Shown here: piece after piece, positions 12,599 to 23,186 of the stretch
Layout: each line of letters begins with the position of its first letter
Numbering within the stretch: position 1 is the first letter of the stretch
NCBI GenBank assembly: GCA_039935655.1
Contig: JBDTJX010000008.1
Location: 74,174-138,173, forward strand
Direction of reading: 5' to 3'
DNA length: 64,000 bases
Source of the DNA: Candidatus Dormibacter sp.
Lineage (GTDB): Bacteria > Chloroflexota > Dormibacteria > Aeolococcales > Aeolococcaceae
The notes under the pieces: model-generated
Told to the model about the DNA's origin: nothing
The model's database searches: none
What the model saw: only the letters and a program-made list of their open reading frames with translations
Translations under genes and position numbers: made by a program

Positions 12599-13840
12599 TC
12601 AGACCGGAGCGGTCGCGGGGCGCGTGAAGTTGCCGTGCTCGACGCCGGGGAGAAGGTCGCGGATCCGCTGGTGGGCCGCCCGCATCCCGATCCCTGCGGG
12701 GAGCGCGGGCAGGACGTCCAGCAGCCAATCGTGGTCGACGTTGAGCGAGCGCCACTGCACCTGGTCGACGCCCATCGCCCGGCAGGCGCGCACTGTGGCG
12801 TCGATCTCCCCCTCCACGTCGGTGACGCCGGGGAAGGTGAGCAGGTTGAGGCACACCTGGCCACCGCGAGCATGCATCAGCGCCCCGCACGCGATCACCT
12901 CCTCCAGCCCATACCCGACGGGGCGGTAGTAGGGATGGAAGACGGTGTCGTTGAACGAGATCGCGCTGATCCTCACGCTGTTGAGGCCGGTGTCGATGAG
13001 GCGCTCGAGGATGTGCGGCTTGCTCCCGTTGGTGTTGATGTGGATGGTGGCGTGGGGGTGCCGCTCACGGATGCGCCGGGTCGCCTCGACCAGGACGTCG
13101 TCCCGGGTCAGCGCCTCCCCCTCACACCCCTGGCCGAAGGACACCAGCGCGCCGCTTTCACCCTCCAGGTGCCAGTCGGCCAGCGCCACGAGCTCGTCGG
13201 CGGTGGGCGCGAAACCCATGCGCGCCTGCGGCGCGGGCACCTCTCCATCGGTCTGCAGCGAGATGCAGCCGAGACAGTCGGCGTTGCACGCAGGGGACGC
13301 CGGGAGGGCGCCCTCGTAGCGGCGGTGGAATGTGTTCTGCGCGGTGTAGCACCGGTTCACCAGCGCGCAGTTGGCGAGGTGGTCGACCAGCCGGTTGCCG
13401 GGGAGCGCGTCCCGCGCCTCCTGCACCGCTGCCGGCAGGTCGGCGCGCCCGAAGTTGGCCGGCTGCCACCACTCGAAGCTGTCGGTGCGCAGAGCGGCAC
13501 ACATGAGGTCGCCGCGGTTCTCGACCACGGCCGTGTAGCCGAAGAGCGGCAGCCTCTGGGCGCCGGGGGTGCGCTCGGTCGCGGGGAGCAGGGTGCGCAG
13601 CAGGCCGACGGGGAGCACTGCGGCAACGGCGATCCAGTCGCCCTCCACCGCGACCGCGCCTCCGTCACTGTCCACCGCCAGCGGGCGGCGGCCGGGGAGA
13701 CGGCTCAGGGTGGTCTCATCGGGCATCGGGATCAGGTCATCGGGGCTGATCGCAACCAGGGCGCGCCCGTTGCGCGCGGCCGCGCGGTAGCCGTCGAGGA
13801 TCTCGATCGAGCCGTCGGGGCGGCCCGCCACAAGGCGCAC
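12599..13840 (-). CDS. Radical SAM protein of unknown function
   Basis: CNADCLGC (CxxxCxxC), SFGQGCEGE, NTNGS. Confidence 0.88.
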   Translation of the reverse strand: MRLVAGRPDGSIEILDGYRAAARNGRALVAISPDDLIPMPDETTLSRLPGRRPLAVDSDGGAVAVEGDWIAVAAVLPVGLLRTLLPATERTPGAQRLPLFGYTAVVENRGDLMCAALRTDSFEWWQPANFGRADLPAAVQEARDALPGNRLVDHLANCALVNRCYTAQNTFHRRYEGALPASPACNADCLGCISLQTDGEVPAPQARMGFAPTADELVALADWHLEGESGALVSFGQGCEGEALTRDDVLVEATRRIRERHPHATIHINTNGSKPHILERLIDTGLNSVRISAISFNDTVFHPYYRPVGYGLEEVIACGALMHARGGQVCLNLLTFPGVTDVEGEIDATVRACRAMGVDQVQWRSLNVDHDWLLDVLPALPAGIGMRAAHQRIRDLLPGVEHGNFTRPATAPV

Positions 13841-13883
13841 CGCTCGATTATGGGTGGGGACGGGCGGGCGTCCGCCGGGCGCG

Positions 13884-14019
13884 TCAGGCGGCGCGCAGCT
13901 CGGCCGGGATCACCGTGACGGTGCGCAGCTCGCCGTCGCGAACCACGACGAGCACTGCGAAGCGATCGACGAGTTCGGAGGTCATCAGCTGCTCCGACCG
14001 CTGGTCCGTCGATGGCCAT
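13884..14019 (-). pseudogene. Probable remnant of a PDZ-domain (HtrA-like) protease C-terminus
   Basis: MAIDGPAV then, in another frame, QLMTSELVDRFAVLVVVRDGELRTVTVIPAEL*, resembling the end of a PDZ domain. Confidence 0.55.
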
Positions 14020-14020
14020 G

Positions 14021-14563
14021 TCAGCCGGCCGCCGGCCCCTCGCCGCGCACCTTCTCGACGGCCGACAGGGCCTCGCGAAGGCTCTTGATCCAGTCGTCCT
14101 GGTGCTTGCTGACCAAGCGGACGCACCACGCCAGCGCCTCGCTCCTGCTTCGGGCGACACCGGCGTCGATGAGGGTGTCGAGCACCGCCCGGTCCCGCAG
14201 GCGAAGCCGGGTCATGACCGGCACCCCCAGGGTGGTGAAGTGCTCCTCGACCTCACCGCAACGAGCGCCCCACGAGACCTTGCGCCCGAACAGCCTTTCG
14301 GCCTCGGAGGCCACGCCAATGCGACGATCCCTGGTCTCATCGCGGAACCGCCCGATGCGAGCGGAGCGCGCCGCGTTGCGCGCCGCCTCGCTGGCATCGG
14401 CGGGCAGCTCGGGCTCGGTGACCGATCCCACGATGAGGATCTCGTCGCGGTCGCCGGTGATCGTCGGTGGCCCGGAGAAGAGGTCGTCAGGGATGCGCCC
14501 TGCAAACCACCCGGTCACTTCGTCGTCGGTGAACGAGGCCTGCGCCTCATGCTGGTGTCTCAT
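14021..14563 (-). CDS. Conserved hypothetical protein with C-terminal ribbon-helix-helix-like segment
   Basis: VMTRLRLRDRAVLDTLIDAGVARSRSEALAWCVR resembles CopG/NikR-type RHH. Confidence 0.75.
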   Translation of the reverse strand: MRHQHEAQASFTDDEVTGWFAGRIPDDLFSGPPTITGDRDEILIVGSVTEPELPADASEAARNAARSARIGRFRDETRDRRIGVASEAERLFGRKVSWGARCGEVEEHFTTLGVPVMTRLRLRDRAVLDTLIDAGVARSRSEALAWCVRLVSKHQDDWIKSLREALSAVEKVRGEGPAAG

Positions 14564-14564
14564 G

Positions 14565-14580
14565 GATTACATGATTACAC
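14565..14580. promoter_or_regulatory. Tandem GATTACA(T/C) direct repeat, candidate operator
   Basis: GATTACAT-GATTACAC immediately upstream of the 14563 start codon. Confidence 0.5.
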
Positions 14581-14619
14581 AGTATTGCCAGCGATGCAAG
14601 CCGGCCACGACGAGGGCGA

Positions 14620-15633
14620 TCAGCGCACCCGCCGTGCCCCGTCCGGCGGCAGCGCCACGTGGTGCTTGGTGAGGATCTCGCGGACCGTCCCGCTCTGCGC
14701 GCGCATCACCAGGCTGTGGGTCTCGGCCCACCAGTTGTGGTACTGGACCCCACGGAGGATGCCGCCGCCGGAGATGCCGGTGACCGCGATGCTGACGTGG
14801 CGGCCGGGCACGAGCCGCTCCATGCTGATGGCCTCGTCGGGGTCGAAGCCGGCGGCGCGCACCGCGACCGCCTCGTCGTCGTGGCGCACCCAGGGGCGGC
14901 AGTGCAGCTCACCGCCGAGGCAGCGCATGGCGCAGGCGGCGACGATCGCCTCCTGGGTGCCGCCGGAGCCGATCATCACGTCGATCCCGCTCCCCGGCCA
15001 GGCGGCCATCATGGCCGCACCCACGTCGCCGTCGGAGATGAGGGCGACGCGGGCGCCCAGCGAGCGCACGTGCTCGAGGAGGGCCTGGTGGCGCGGCCGG
15101 TCGAGCATGATCACGGTGAGGTCCTGCACCTGCACGTCCATCGCGAAGGCGATCCGGCGCAGGTTGTTCTCGGGGGTGTCGGCGATGTCGACGGCGCCCG
15201 TGGCGGCGGGGCCGACGGCGATCTTGTGCATATAGGCCACCGGCGGCGGCGACAGGATGCCGCCCGGTTCCGCTGCCGCCGCGATGCTGAGCGCCTGGCT
15301 GAGACCTCGCGAGACCAGGCTGACACCATCGACGGGGATGATGGCGAGGTCGACGTGGTCGCGACCGACGCCGATGCGTCTGCCGGCGGCGAGGTTGCTG
15401 TTGCCTGCGTCGGGGCCGATCACCACCCGCCCGTCGAACGGCATGGTGACCAGGGCTTCCTCCATCACCCGCTGGCCCGCGTCTCGTGTGCCGGCCTTGT
15501 CACCACGACCCAGCCAGCGACCCACCGAGAGCGCCGCTGCCTCGGTGGCGCGGAGCAGCTCGAGACCGCGGTGGCGGTCACGGCCGACCCTGGCGGGCGC
15601 CGCCGCAAGGTCGGGAACGACGGTCTCGGCCAT
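14620..15633 (-). CDS. glpX: GlpX-family (class II FBPase) homologue with degenerate catalytic residues
   Basis: RATEAAAL, GRGDK, YMHK, LDRPRH, ISDGDV, THSLVMR kept; GEGExDEAP and DPLEGT motifs altered. Confidence 0.85.
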   Translation of the reverse strand: MAETVVPDLAAAPARVGRDRHRGLELLRATEAAALSVGRWLGRGDKAGTRDAGQRVMEEALVTMPFDGRVVIGPDAGNSNLAAGRRIGVGRDHVDLAIIPVDGVSLVSRGLSQALSIAAAAEPGGILSPPPVAYMHKIAVGPAATGAVDIADTPENNLRRIAFAMDVQVQDLTVIMLDRPRHQALLEHVRSLGARVALISDGDVGAAMMAAWPGSGIDVMIGSGGTQEAIVAACAMRCLGGELHCRPWVRHDDEAVAVRAAGFDPDEAISMERLVPGRHVSIAVTGISGGGILRGVQYHNWWAETHSLVMRAQSGTVREILTKHHVALPPDGARRVR

Positions 15634-15684
15634 CGCCCCGATTATGGGTGTGTGTGGGCCCCTTTCAGTCGACGCCGGACGTTC

Positions 15685-15741
15685 CGGCGCGATTCATCGC
15701 GCCGAGTGGGGAGTGAGCGGCGTCCGGCTCTGCCGGTGGCC
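15685..15741. repeat. REP-like two-hairpin dispersed repeat, copy 1
   Basis: 42/50 nt identical to the core of 45148-45205; palindrome CGGCGCGAT-TC-ATCGCGCCG. Confidence 0.7.
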
Positions 15742-15746
15742 AAGCG

Positions 15747-17417
<1,671 letters not shown>

Positions 17418-17485
17418 CTAGAGGTTTTCGCCAGTCTACCAGCCACCCGCCCGCAGAGGTGAACCGATGTTCGGTGGCGGGTCCC

Positions 17486-18115
17486 TCAGCTGGTGCCGCG
17501 GGGCTCCAAAATGACGACACGCGACTCGTCGGAGCTGCTGCTCGCGCCGTTGAGGTTGAGCTTGGGGAGCGCCTGGTAGGTGCCCTCGGCCAGCCCCATC
17601 TCGTTGGCGAAACGGTCGACTGGCTCGTACTCGCCGCTGCCCGGCGAGGCAGTGGAGCGGTAGCGCACCGGCACCACGATCGCTGGGGAGAGAGAGTTGA
17701 CCAGCTTGGTCGCCGCCGCCGGCGCGAGGGCGTCGCCGCCGCCGACCGGCGCGATCAGCACGTCGACGTGGCCGAGGACGTCGATCTCCTCCTCGGTGAG
17801 CTGGCGGTCGAGTCGACCCACGCTGACCACCCTGACGTCATCGATCTCCACGCGCATCAGGGTGCGGCCGTCCCCGGCGTCGACCCCGCGAACCGTGACT
17901 CCGCGTACCTCGAACTCACCAGCCCCGGCGATCTCCTGGCTGTGGCCCGCAAGCTGGCGGAGCTTCTCGGGGTCGGTGCGTCCCTCGGTGCGAACGATCA
18001 GGTCGGGGCCGCTCTTGCCGAGCCCGGGCAGCTGCCCGTCAGGAGGGTCGACGATGACCTGCGTCTCACGACCGCGAAGACGCACGCACGATAGGCCGAC
18101 GTAGGTGATCTCCAT
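17486..18115 (-). CDS. Metallo-beta-lactamase-fold protein lacking metal ligands
   Basis: MEITYVGLSC, IVDP, GAGEFEV, VDVLIAPVGG scaffold; no HxHxDH. Confidence 0.75.
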   Translation of the reverse strand: MEITYVGLSCVRLRGRETQVIVDPPDGQLPGLGKSGPDLIVRTEGRTDPEKLRQLAGHSQEIAGAGEFEVRGVTVRGVDAGDGRTLMRVEIDDVRVVSVGRLDRQLTEEEIDVLGHVDVLIAPVGGGDALAPAAATKLVNSLSPAIVVPVRYRSTASPGSGEYEPVDRFANEMGLAEGTYQALPKLNLNGASSSSDESRVVILEPRGTS

Positions 18116-18164
18116 CTGGCGGCATGGTAGCGGCGCGCCGGCAACTGACGTCCGCAGCCGGGGA

Positions 18165-19217
18165 TCAGGCGCTGCCGACGGTGATCGTGACCGTCCGAGT
18201 GGTGCCGGTCTCGCCGGTGACCTGGAGCGTCGCCCGGTCGCCGATGAGGAGCCCGAAATCGGACGGCTGAAACCCGTTGGCCGAGGTCACCGAAGCGCCG
18301 TTGACCGACACGACGACGTCACCTGCGACGAGCACCCCCGCCGCCGGCCCCCTGGCGCTGATCGTCTGGATCAGCGCTCCCGCCGGGACACCGAGCGCCG
18401 CCGCCGCCGACGCGTCGATGAGCACGCTGGTGACACCGAAGGTGGCGGCCGTGACCGGGGATCCGCGCTGGGCGCTGGTGACCAGGGTCGCAGCGTCGCG
18501 ACCGGACGCGGCCATGACGCCTGGCGCGCCTGGGACGCTGGTGACCACGCCGATGACCGCCCCGCTCCCGTCGACCATCGGCGCTCCCTCGGCATCCGGG
18601 GCAGGCGTGGAGTCCACCGCGATCAGGTCGGCGATGTCGACCTGGCCGCCACTTGCGTTGACACCGACAGCGGCAACCACGCCACTTCGGGTCGTCAGAG
18701 TGCCGACAGCCGGGTGGAAGGCGACCACCGCGAGGTCACCGATGTGCGGGTCCTGGGCCGCGATCTTCAACGGGGTCATGCCGGCCGCCCCGGCGGCGCG
18801 CAGCACCACGATGCCGTTGGGGACGTCGCTGGCGGCGATGACTGCGTTGTAGGCCGTGCCGTCAGCGGTGGCCACCCGCAGACGCGAGGCCCCGCGCACC
18901 GCCTGGGCCGAGGTGACGATGAGCCCGTCGCTGCTGACCGCGAACCCCTCGGCAAGCCCGGTTGCCTGGCCTGTGGCCAGCTGTGCCGCGCTGATCGGGG
19001 CAGTGCTGATGGTCACCAGCGAGGGCTGCACCGCGGCGGCGATGTCACCGACGGAGATCGCCCCGCCGCCGGTCTTGGTCTCGGTGATCACCCGTTGCAC
19101 GGGCCCGAAATGCGTGTACACGCCCCACGCGCCGAGCCCTCCGCCGATGACCCCGACGCAGGCGCTGAGCACCACGGCGGCCAGCAGCCGCGACCCCGAG
19201 GCCCGGGCGGCGTTCAC
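18165..19217 (-). CDS. Membrane-anchored HtrA/S1C-like protease homologue with PDZ, catalytic triad absent
   Basis: N-terminal TM, GFAVSSDGLIVT, GAPMVDGSGAVIGV, PDZ GDVVVSVNG; GTG overlaps upstream TGA. Confidence 0.8.
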   Translation of the reverse strand: MNAARASGSRLLAAVVLSACVGVIGGGLGAWGVYTHFGPVQRVITETKTGGGAISVGDIAAAVQPSLVTISTAPISAAQLATGQATGLAEGFAVSSDGLIVTSAQAVRGASRLRVATADGTAYNAVIAASDVPNGIVVLRAAGAAGMTPLKIAAQDPHIGDLAVVAFHPAVGTLTTRSGVVAAVGVNASGGQVDIADLIAVDSTPAPDAEGAPMVDGSGAVIGVVTSVPGAPGVMAASGRDAATLVTSAQRGSPVTAATFGVTSVLIDASAAAALGVPAGALIQTISARGPAAGVLVAGDVVVSVNGASVTSANGFQPSDFGLLIGDRATLQVTGETGTTRTVTITVGSA

Positions 19218-20143
19218 TGCGTACGCGCAGGCTCGCGCAGCGACAGGTACCGGACGATGCCGGCGGCATTGCTGTGCACACCGTTGAGCACCTCGAACTT
19301 CTCGCGCACGCTGGGCGCGAGGTCGGCCGGTGCGCTCGCGAAGGCGTCGGCGAGCGCCGCGGCGACGTCGTCGATGCCGGCCTCCTCGCTCTCACGCATG
19401 GTCCGATCGGCGACCTCCACCCACCGGTTGAGCATCTCCTCGGCCTCGATGAGCGTCTCGAGCGGATGATCAACCGGTCCGTAATGGGTGAGCACCACCT
19501 GGGAGGGGCGCAGCTCCGCGAAGCGGCGCAGGCTCCGCGTGGCCTGCTCGAGGTCGAAATCCGGCGGCGGCGTGGCCGGGCGCAGGATGCCGAAGTCGGG
19601 CAGTTTCACACCGACCGCGTCCCCGACCAGGAGTGTCCCCGTCTGCTCGTCGAGCACGGCGTGATGGTGCTTGGCATGCCCCGGCGAATCCACCAGGGTC
19701 AGGAAATGACCGTCGCCGAGGTCGACGCGGTAACCGTCGCCCGCGGCGATCAGCCGGTCCTCGGCAACCGGCAGCATCCTCCCGTACAGGTCGTCGAGCA
19801 GGGGCCCGTACACGCGCGACGCGCTGTCGATGAGCCGGCTGGGGTCGAGCAGGTGGCGCGCGCCCTTCTCGTGGACGACGACGGTGGCGTTGGGGAATGC
19901 CGCGGCGATGTCGCCGACGCCGCCGGCGTGGTCGAGATGAATATGCGTCACCACGATCCAGCGCAGGTCCGCCGCGCCGAGCCCGGCGGCGGTCAGTGCC
20001 TCGCGCACTGCCGGCACGCTTGTCTGCGACCCGGTCTCGACGAGGGCGGGCTGCGTACCCTCGACGAGGAACCCTGCGGTCATCCTGTCCATGCCACCGA
20101 GCAGGGTGTCGATCTGGCGAATCCCCGGCGCGATCACGTCCAC
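19214..20143 (-). CDS. MBL-fold metallo-hydrolase
   Basis: THIHLDHAGG, SPGHAKHH, GDA, THYG all intact. Confidence 0.9.
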   Translation of the reverse strand: MDVIAPGIRQIDTLLGGMDRMTAGFLVEGTQPALVETGSQTSVPAVREALTAAGLGAADLRWIVVTHIHLDHAGGVGDIAAAFPNATVVVHEKGARHLLDPSRLIDSASRVYGPLLDDLYGRMLPVAEDRLIAAGDGYRVDLGDGHFLTLVDSPGHAKHHHAVLDEQTGTLLVGDAVGVKLPDFGILRPATPPPDFDLEQATRSLRRFAELRPSQVVLTHYGPVDHPLETLIEAEEMLNRWVEVADRTMRESEEAGIDDVAAALADAFASAPADLAPSVREKFEVLNGVHSNAAGIVRYLSLREPARTQ

Positions 20144-20180
20144 GCCAGCAGCCTATACAAACCGTCTCAAGCGGGCGCTG

Positions 20181-23100
20181 CTAGGGCGTTGGGCCCGGCG
20201 ACGCTGATGCCGACGGCGACGCGCCCGCCTTGGGGGTCTGCTGCAGGAGCGTGCTGAGCTGGGCAGCATCGGCTTTGACGAGGTCCTCCTCCTTGCCGAA
20301 GGTCGTGAAGTCGCCCTTCTGCAGCGCCGCCTGCGCGTTGGCCTGGTGGGTCAGAAGATCGTTGAGCAGCGCCAACTCCTGGCTGGTGAAGTTTGCCGTC
20401 GACGGCGGTGTGGCCGGCGTCGTCGGGGTGGTTGGCGTCGTCGGTGTGGTCGGTGTCGTCGGCGTCGTCGGCAGCCCGGGGATCGGCTGCGTGGTGTTGA
20501 GCAGCGTCTGCAGCGCCTGGGCGAAGGACGGTCCTTGGGCGACGGTGTTCTGGGTGCCGACGATCACCTCGTGGAGTTGTGGGAACGCAGTCCCGCCGGC
20601 CGAACCGTTGGCGAGCACGTACAGCGGGCGCACGTAAAGGAATGAGTCGTTGTTGAAGGGCAGCACGATGACGTTGCCGAGGATGACCGACGAACCGTGC
20701 TGGCTGAGCAGGCTGATCTCAGGGCTGATGATCGGGTCGGTGTTGATGTTGTTGTCGAATTGCAGCGGACCGAGGACGTTGACGGCATTGTTGAGCGGCA
20801 CAGCGATCAGCTTGGGGTGGTTGGTCGTCGTGTAGTCCGACTGCGCGGCCAGCCACGCGGTCATGTTGTTGGCGCTGCCTCCCGTCGTGCTGGCCGGCGA
20901 GAACGACTGGAACAGGATGAAGCTGGGCTGGGTATCGCCGGGGAGGGTGACCTCAACGAAGTACGGCGTGGTGTCCTGCTGGGCGCCGTTGAGCTGCTGC
21001 TGGGCGATGCGGTAACGGTCGCTGCCGTTGAAGAAGACGGAGGCACTGGTCACGTGGACGTTGGCGTACACGTGCGACTGCGCGGTGAACAGATCCTCCG
21101 GGTAGCGCAGGTGGGCCCGGAGAGTCGAGTTCATCGAGCTCAGCGGTTGCATCAGCCCGGGGTAGATGGCATTCCACGCCGCGGTGATCGGCTCGTTGAG
21201 GTCGACGGCGTAGAGCGTCACCGCACAGGTGCGGGCGTCCACGACTGCCTTGACCGCGTTGCGCTTGTACGACGATCCGTTGTCCACGGCCGATTCGGGG
21301 AACCGATCGGTCTGGACATAGGCATCGGCGATGTAGTCGAGATGGCCAGTGCTGGAATCGACGACAACGTACGGATCCCCGTCGACCTTGAGGAACGGAG
21401 CGATGCTGCTGATCCGATCCTGGACGTTGCGGTGGACGAGCACCCGGCTGCTGTCAAGCAGCGAGTTGTTGAGGAAGAGGTCGAGGCTGCCGAAGGAGTC
21501 GACTGACATCGCCAGCTTGTCGAAGACGTTGCCCACCGCGATTCCCTGCATCTCGCTGCCGGCATGGAACGTGGCGTCGCCGGTGCCGAGGGGGAAGTCG
21601 AACTCCTTCTGCTGGGTGCCGGTCACCACCGGCTGCGTGGTCGCCAGGCCGCAGTAGATGCGCGGGTCACCGGCTGCTCCATTGAAGCTGAGCCCCGGCG
21701 GCGCGTCGGGCGCCACCTGTTTCATGGGCTGCTGGCCGACCAAGATCTGCGGCTTGCCCTCGGCCGCGACTGCGTTCACCGAGACGGCGGTGATGCCGTA
21801 GCCGTGCGTGTAGTTGAGCGCGGAGTTGACGAACGACGCATTGGGGATGTCGCCTTCGGCGATCTCGCGGGGGCCGAGCATGACCTCGGTCTGGCCGTTG
21901 CCATCGGAGGACGGGTAGCGATCAACGGTGATGGTGGGATAGGTCTGGTAGCTGCGACTGCGATCGATCTGGTTGAAGGTGTCGGGCAGCTGGCCGACGT
22001 CCTGGATGCGCACGTTGCGCAGAGTGCCGGGATCGGCGGCGAGGTCGGCGAGCGTGGGCGAAGCGACCGACCCGAAGTTGCGCACCTCGACGTCGGACGG
22101 CGTCAGCGCCCACGCGTAGCGGCTGGTGGCGAGATAGTCATTGATCGACGGCGTCTGTGCAACCTGCGCGTTGGGATTGACCGAGGCGCCCTGGTAGATG
22201 AGGGCAGGCACGCCCTGGACGACACCGGCGAGGATGAGCCACCCCACCAGCGTGCTCGCGAAGATGGCGGCGCTCGACGTAGTTTTGCTGGAGCGCCGCA
22301 CCAGGACGAGCGCGAGCGTGACGCCGGCAAGGACGAGCGCCACCCACTGGAGCACGCCGAGAACCGGCCGCGTGACGTTGCGCTGGGTGGCGTCGAGGCC
22401 CACGAAGTTGTCGTGTTGCGACGTGGCCAGGTGGTACACGCCGAAGTGGGCGCCAAGAGCGGCGAGCACGAAGATCCCGGCAAGACAGAACCCGGCGTGG
22501 GTGACCGCCGAGCTGAATCCCGCCTCGAAGCTTCGCCCCTCGGGCGGCTTGACCGGGAGGGTGACCTCGGTGGGCGTGTTGGCCAGCGAAAATGACGCCG
22601 CTGCTAGGGCGACGGCGCCGAGCAGCCCGACGATGGCCACCGCCCAGAGGAGGGCCTGGATGTCGTCGAGCACGGGAAGGGTGAAGATGAAGAACGAGTA
22701 GTCCTGCTGGAATACAGGATCAGTGGCCCCGAACGATTGCCCGTGCAGCCAGAGCAGCACGTCCTGCCACTGGCCGGCGAGGAACGCGCCACCGGCGATC
22801 CCCGCGATCACGGCGATAGCAACCCCGACCCAGAGCGCGATCCGCCCGCCGTACTTGTCGAGGTTGCGCGCCGCACGCGTCCACCCGATGACGCTCACGC
22901 CAACGCCACCGCCGGTGATCAGCGCCCCGATCAGGAACAGGATCAGCTGGGCGATGAACGGCGTCCAGAAGACGTTGGTGTGGTTGAGACTCGCGTAGTA
23001 GAGATAGCTGGCGCGCAGGCTCAGCAACCAGCGGCCGAGGATCACCAGGGCGATGATCGCGACGACGACGATGGCGCCGATCCGCCGGCCACGACGACGG

Positions 23101-23186
23101 TCGGGCGGCCCACCCCCCGTCCGGACGACGCGCGGACCACGTCGCCGCCGGAGGATCTCCTCCGGGTCGAACCCGAATGCGCTCAC
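20181..23186 (-). CDS. UPF0182 family membrane protein
   Basis: About 7 TM N-terminal region, DPVFQQDYSFFIFTLP, YTHGYG, DGDPY, HLRYPEDLF. Confidence 0.88.
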   Translation of the reverse strand: MSAFGFDPEEILRRRRGPRVVRTGGGPPDRRRGRRIGAIVVVAIIALVILGRWLLSLRASYLYYASLNHTNVFWTPFIAQLILFLIGALITGGGVGVSVIGWTRAARNLDKYGGRIALWVGVAIAVIAGIAGGAFLAGQWQDVLLWLHGQSFGATDPVFQQDYSFFIFTLPVLDDIQALLWAVAIVGLLGAVALAAASFSLANTPTEVTLPVKPPEGRSFEAGFSSAVTHAGFCLAGIFVLAALGAHFGVYHLATSQHDNFVGLDATQRNVTRPVLGVLQWVALVLAGVTLALVLVRRSSKTTSSAAIFASTLVGWLILAGVVQGVPALIYQGASVNPNAQVAQTPSINDYLATSRYAWALTPSDVEVRNFGSVASPTLADLAADPGTLRNVRIQDVGQLPDTFNQIDRSRSYQTYPTITVDRYPSSDGNGQTEVMLGPREIAEGDIPNASFVNSALNYTHGYGITAVSVNAVAAEGKPQILVGQQPMKQVAPDAPPGLSFNGAAGDPRIYCGLATTQPVVTGTQQKEFDFPLGTGDATFHAGSEMQGIAVGNVFDKLAMSVDSFGSLDLFLNNSLLDSSRVLVHRNVQDRISSIAPFLKVDGDPYVVVDSSTGHLDYIADAYVQTDRFPESAVDNGSSYKRNAVKAVVDARTCAVTLYAVDLNEPITAAWNAIYPGLMQPLSSMNSTLRAHLRYPEDLFTAQSHVYANVHVTSASVFFNGSDRYRIAQQQLNGAQQDTTPYFVEVTLPGDTQPSFILFQSFSPASTTGGSANNMTAWLAAQSDYTTTNHPKLIAVPLNNAVNVLGPLQFDNNINTDPIISPEISLLSQHGSSVILGNVIVLPFNNDSFLYVRPLYVLANGSAGGTAFPQLHEVIVGTQNTVAQGPSFAQALQTLLNTTQPIPGLPTTPTTPTTPTTPTTPTTPATPPSTANFTSQELALLNDLLTHQANAQAALQKGDFTTFGKEEDLVKADAAQLSTLLQQTPKAGASPSASASPGPTP
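20418..20471 (-). repeat. In-frame (Pro-Thr-Thr)x6 linker inside the UPF0182 gene
   Basis: PTTPTTPTTPTTPTTPTT encoded with varied codons. Confidence 0.85.

Noticed and set aside
20418-20471. Short tandem repeat as a CRISPR array or contingency locus
   Set aside because: In-frame PTT linker with synonymous variation; no spacers or cas genes
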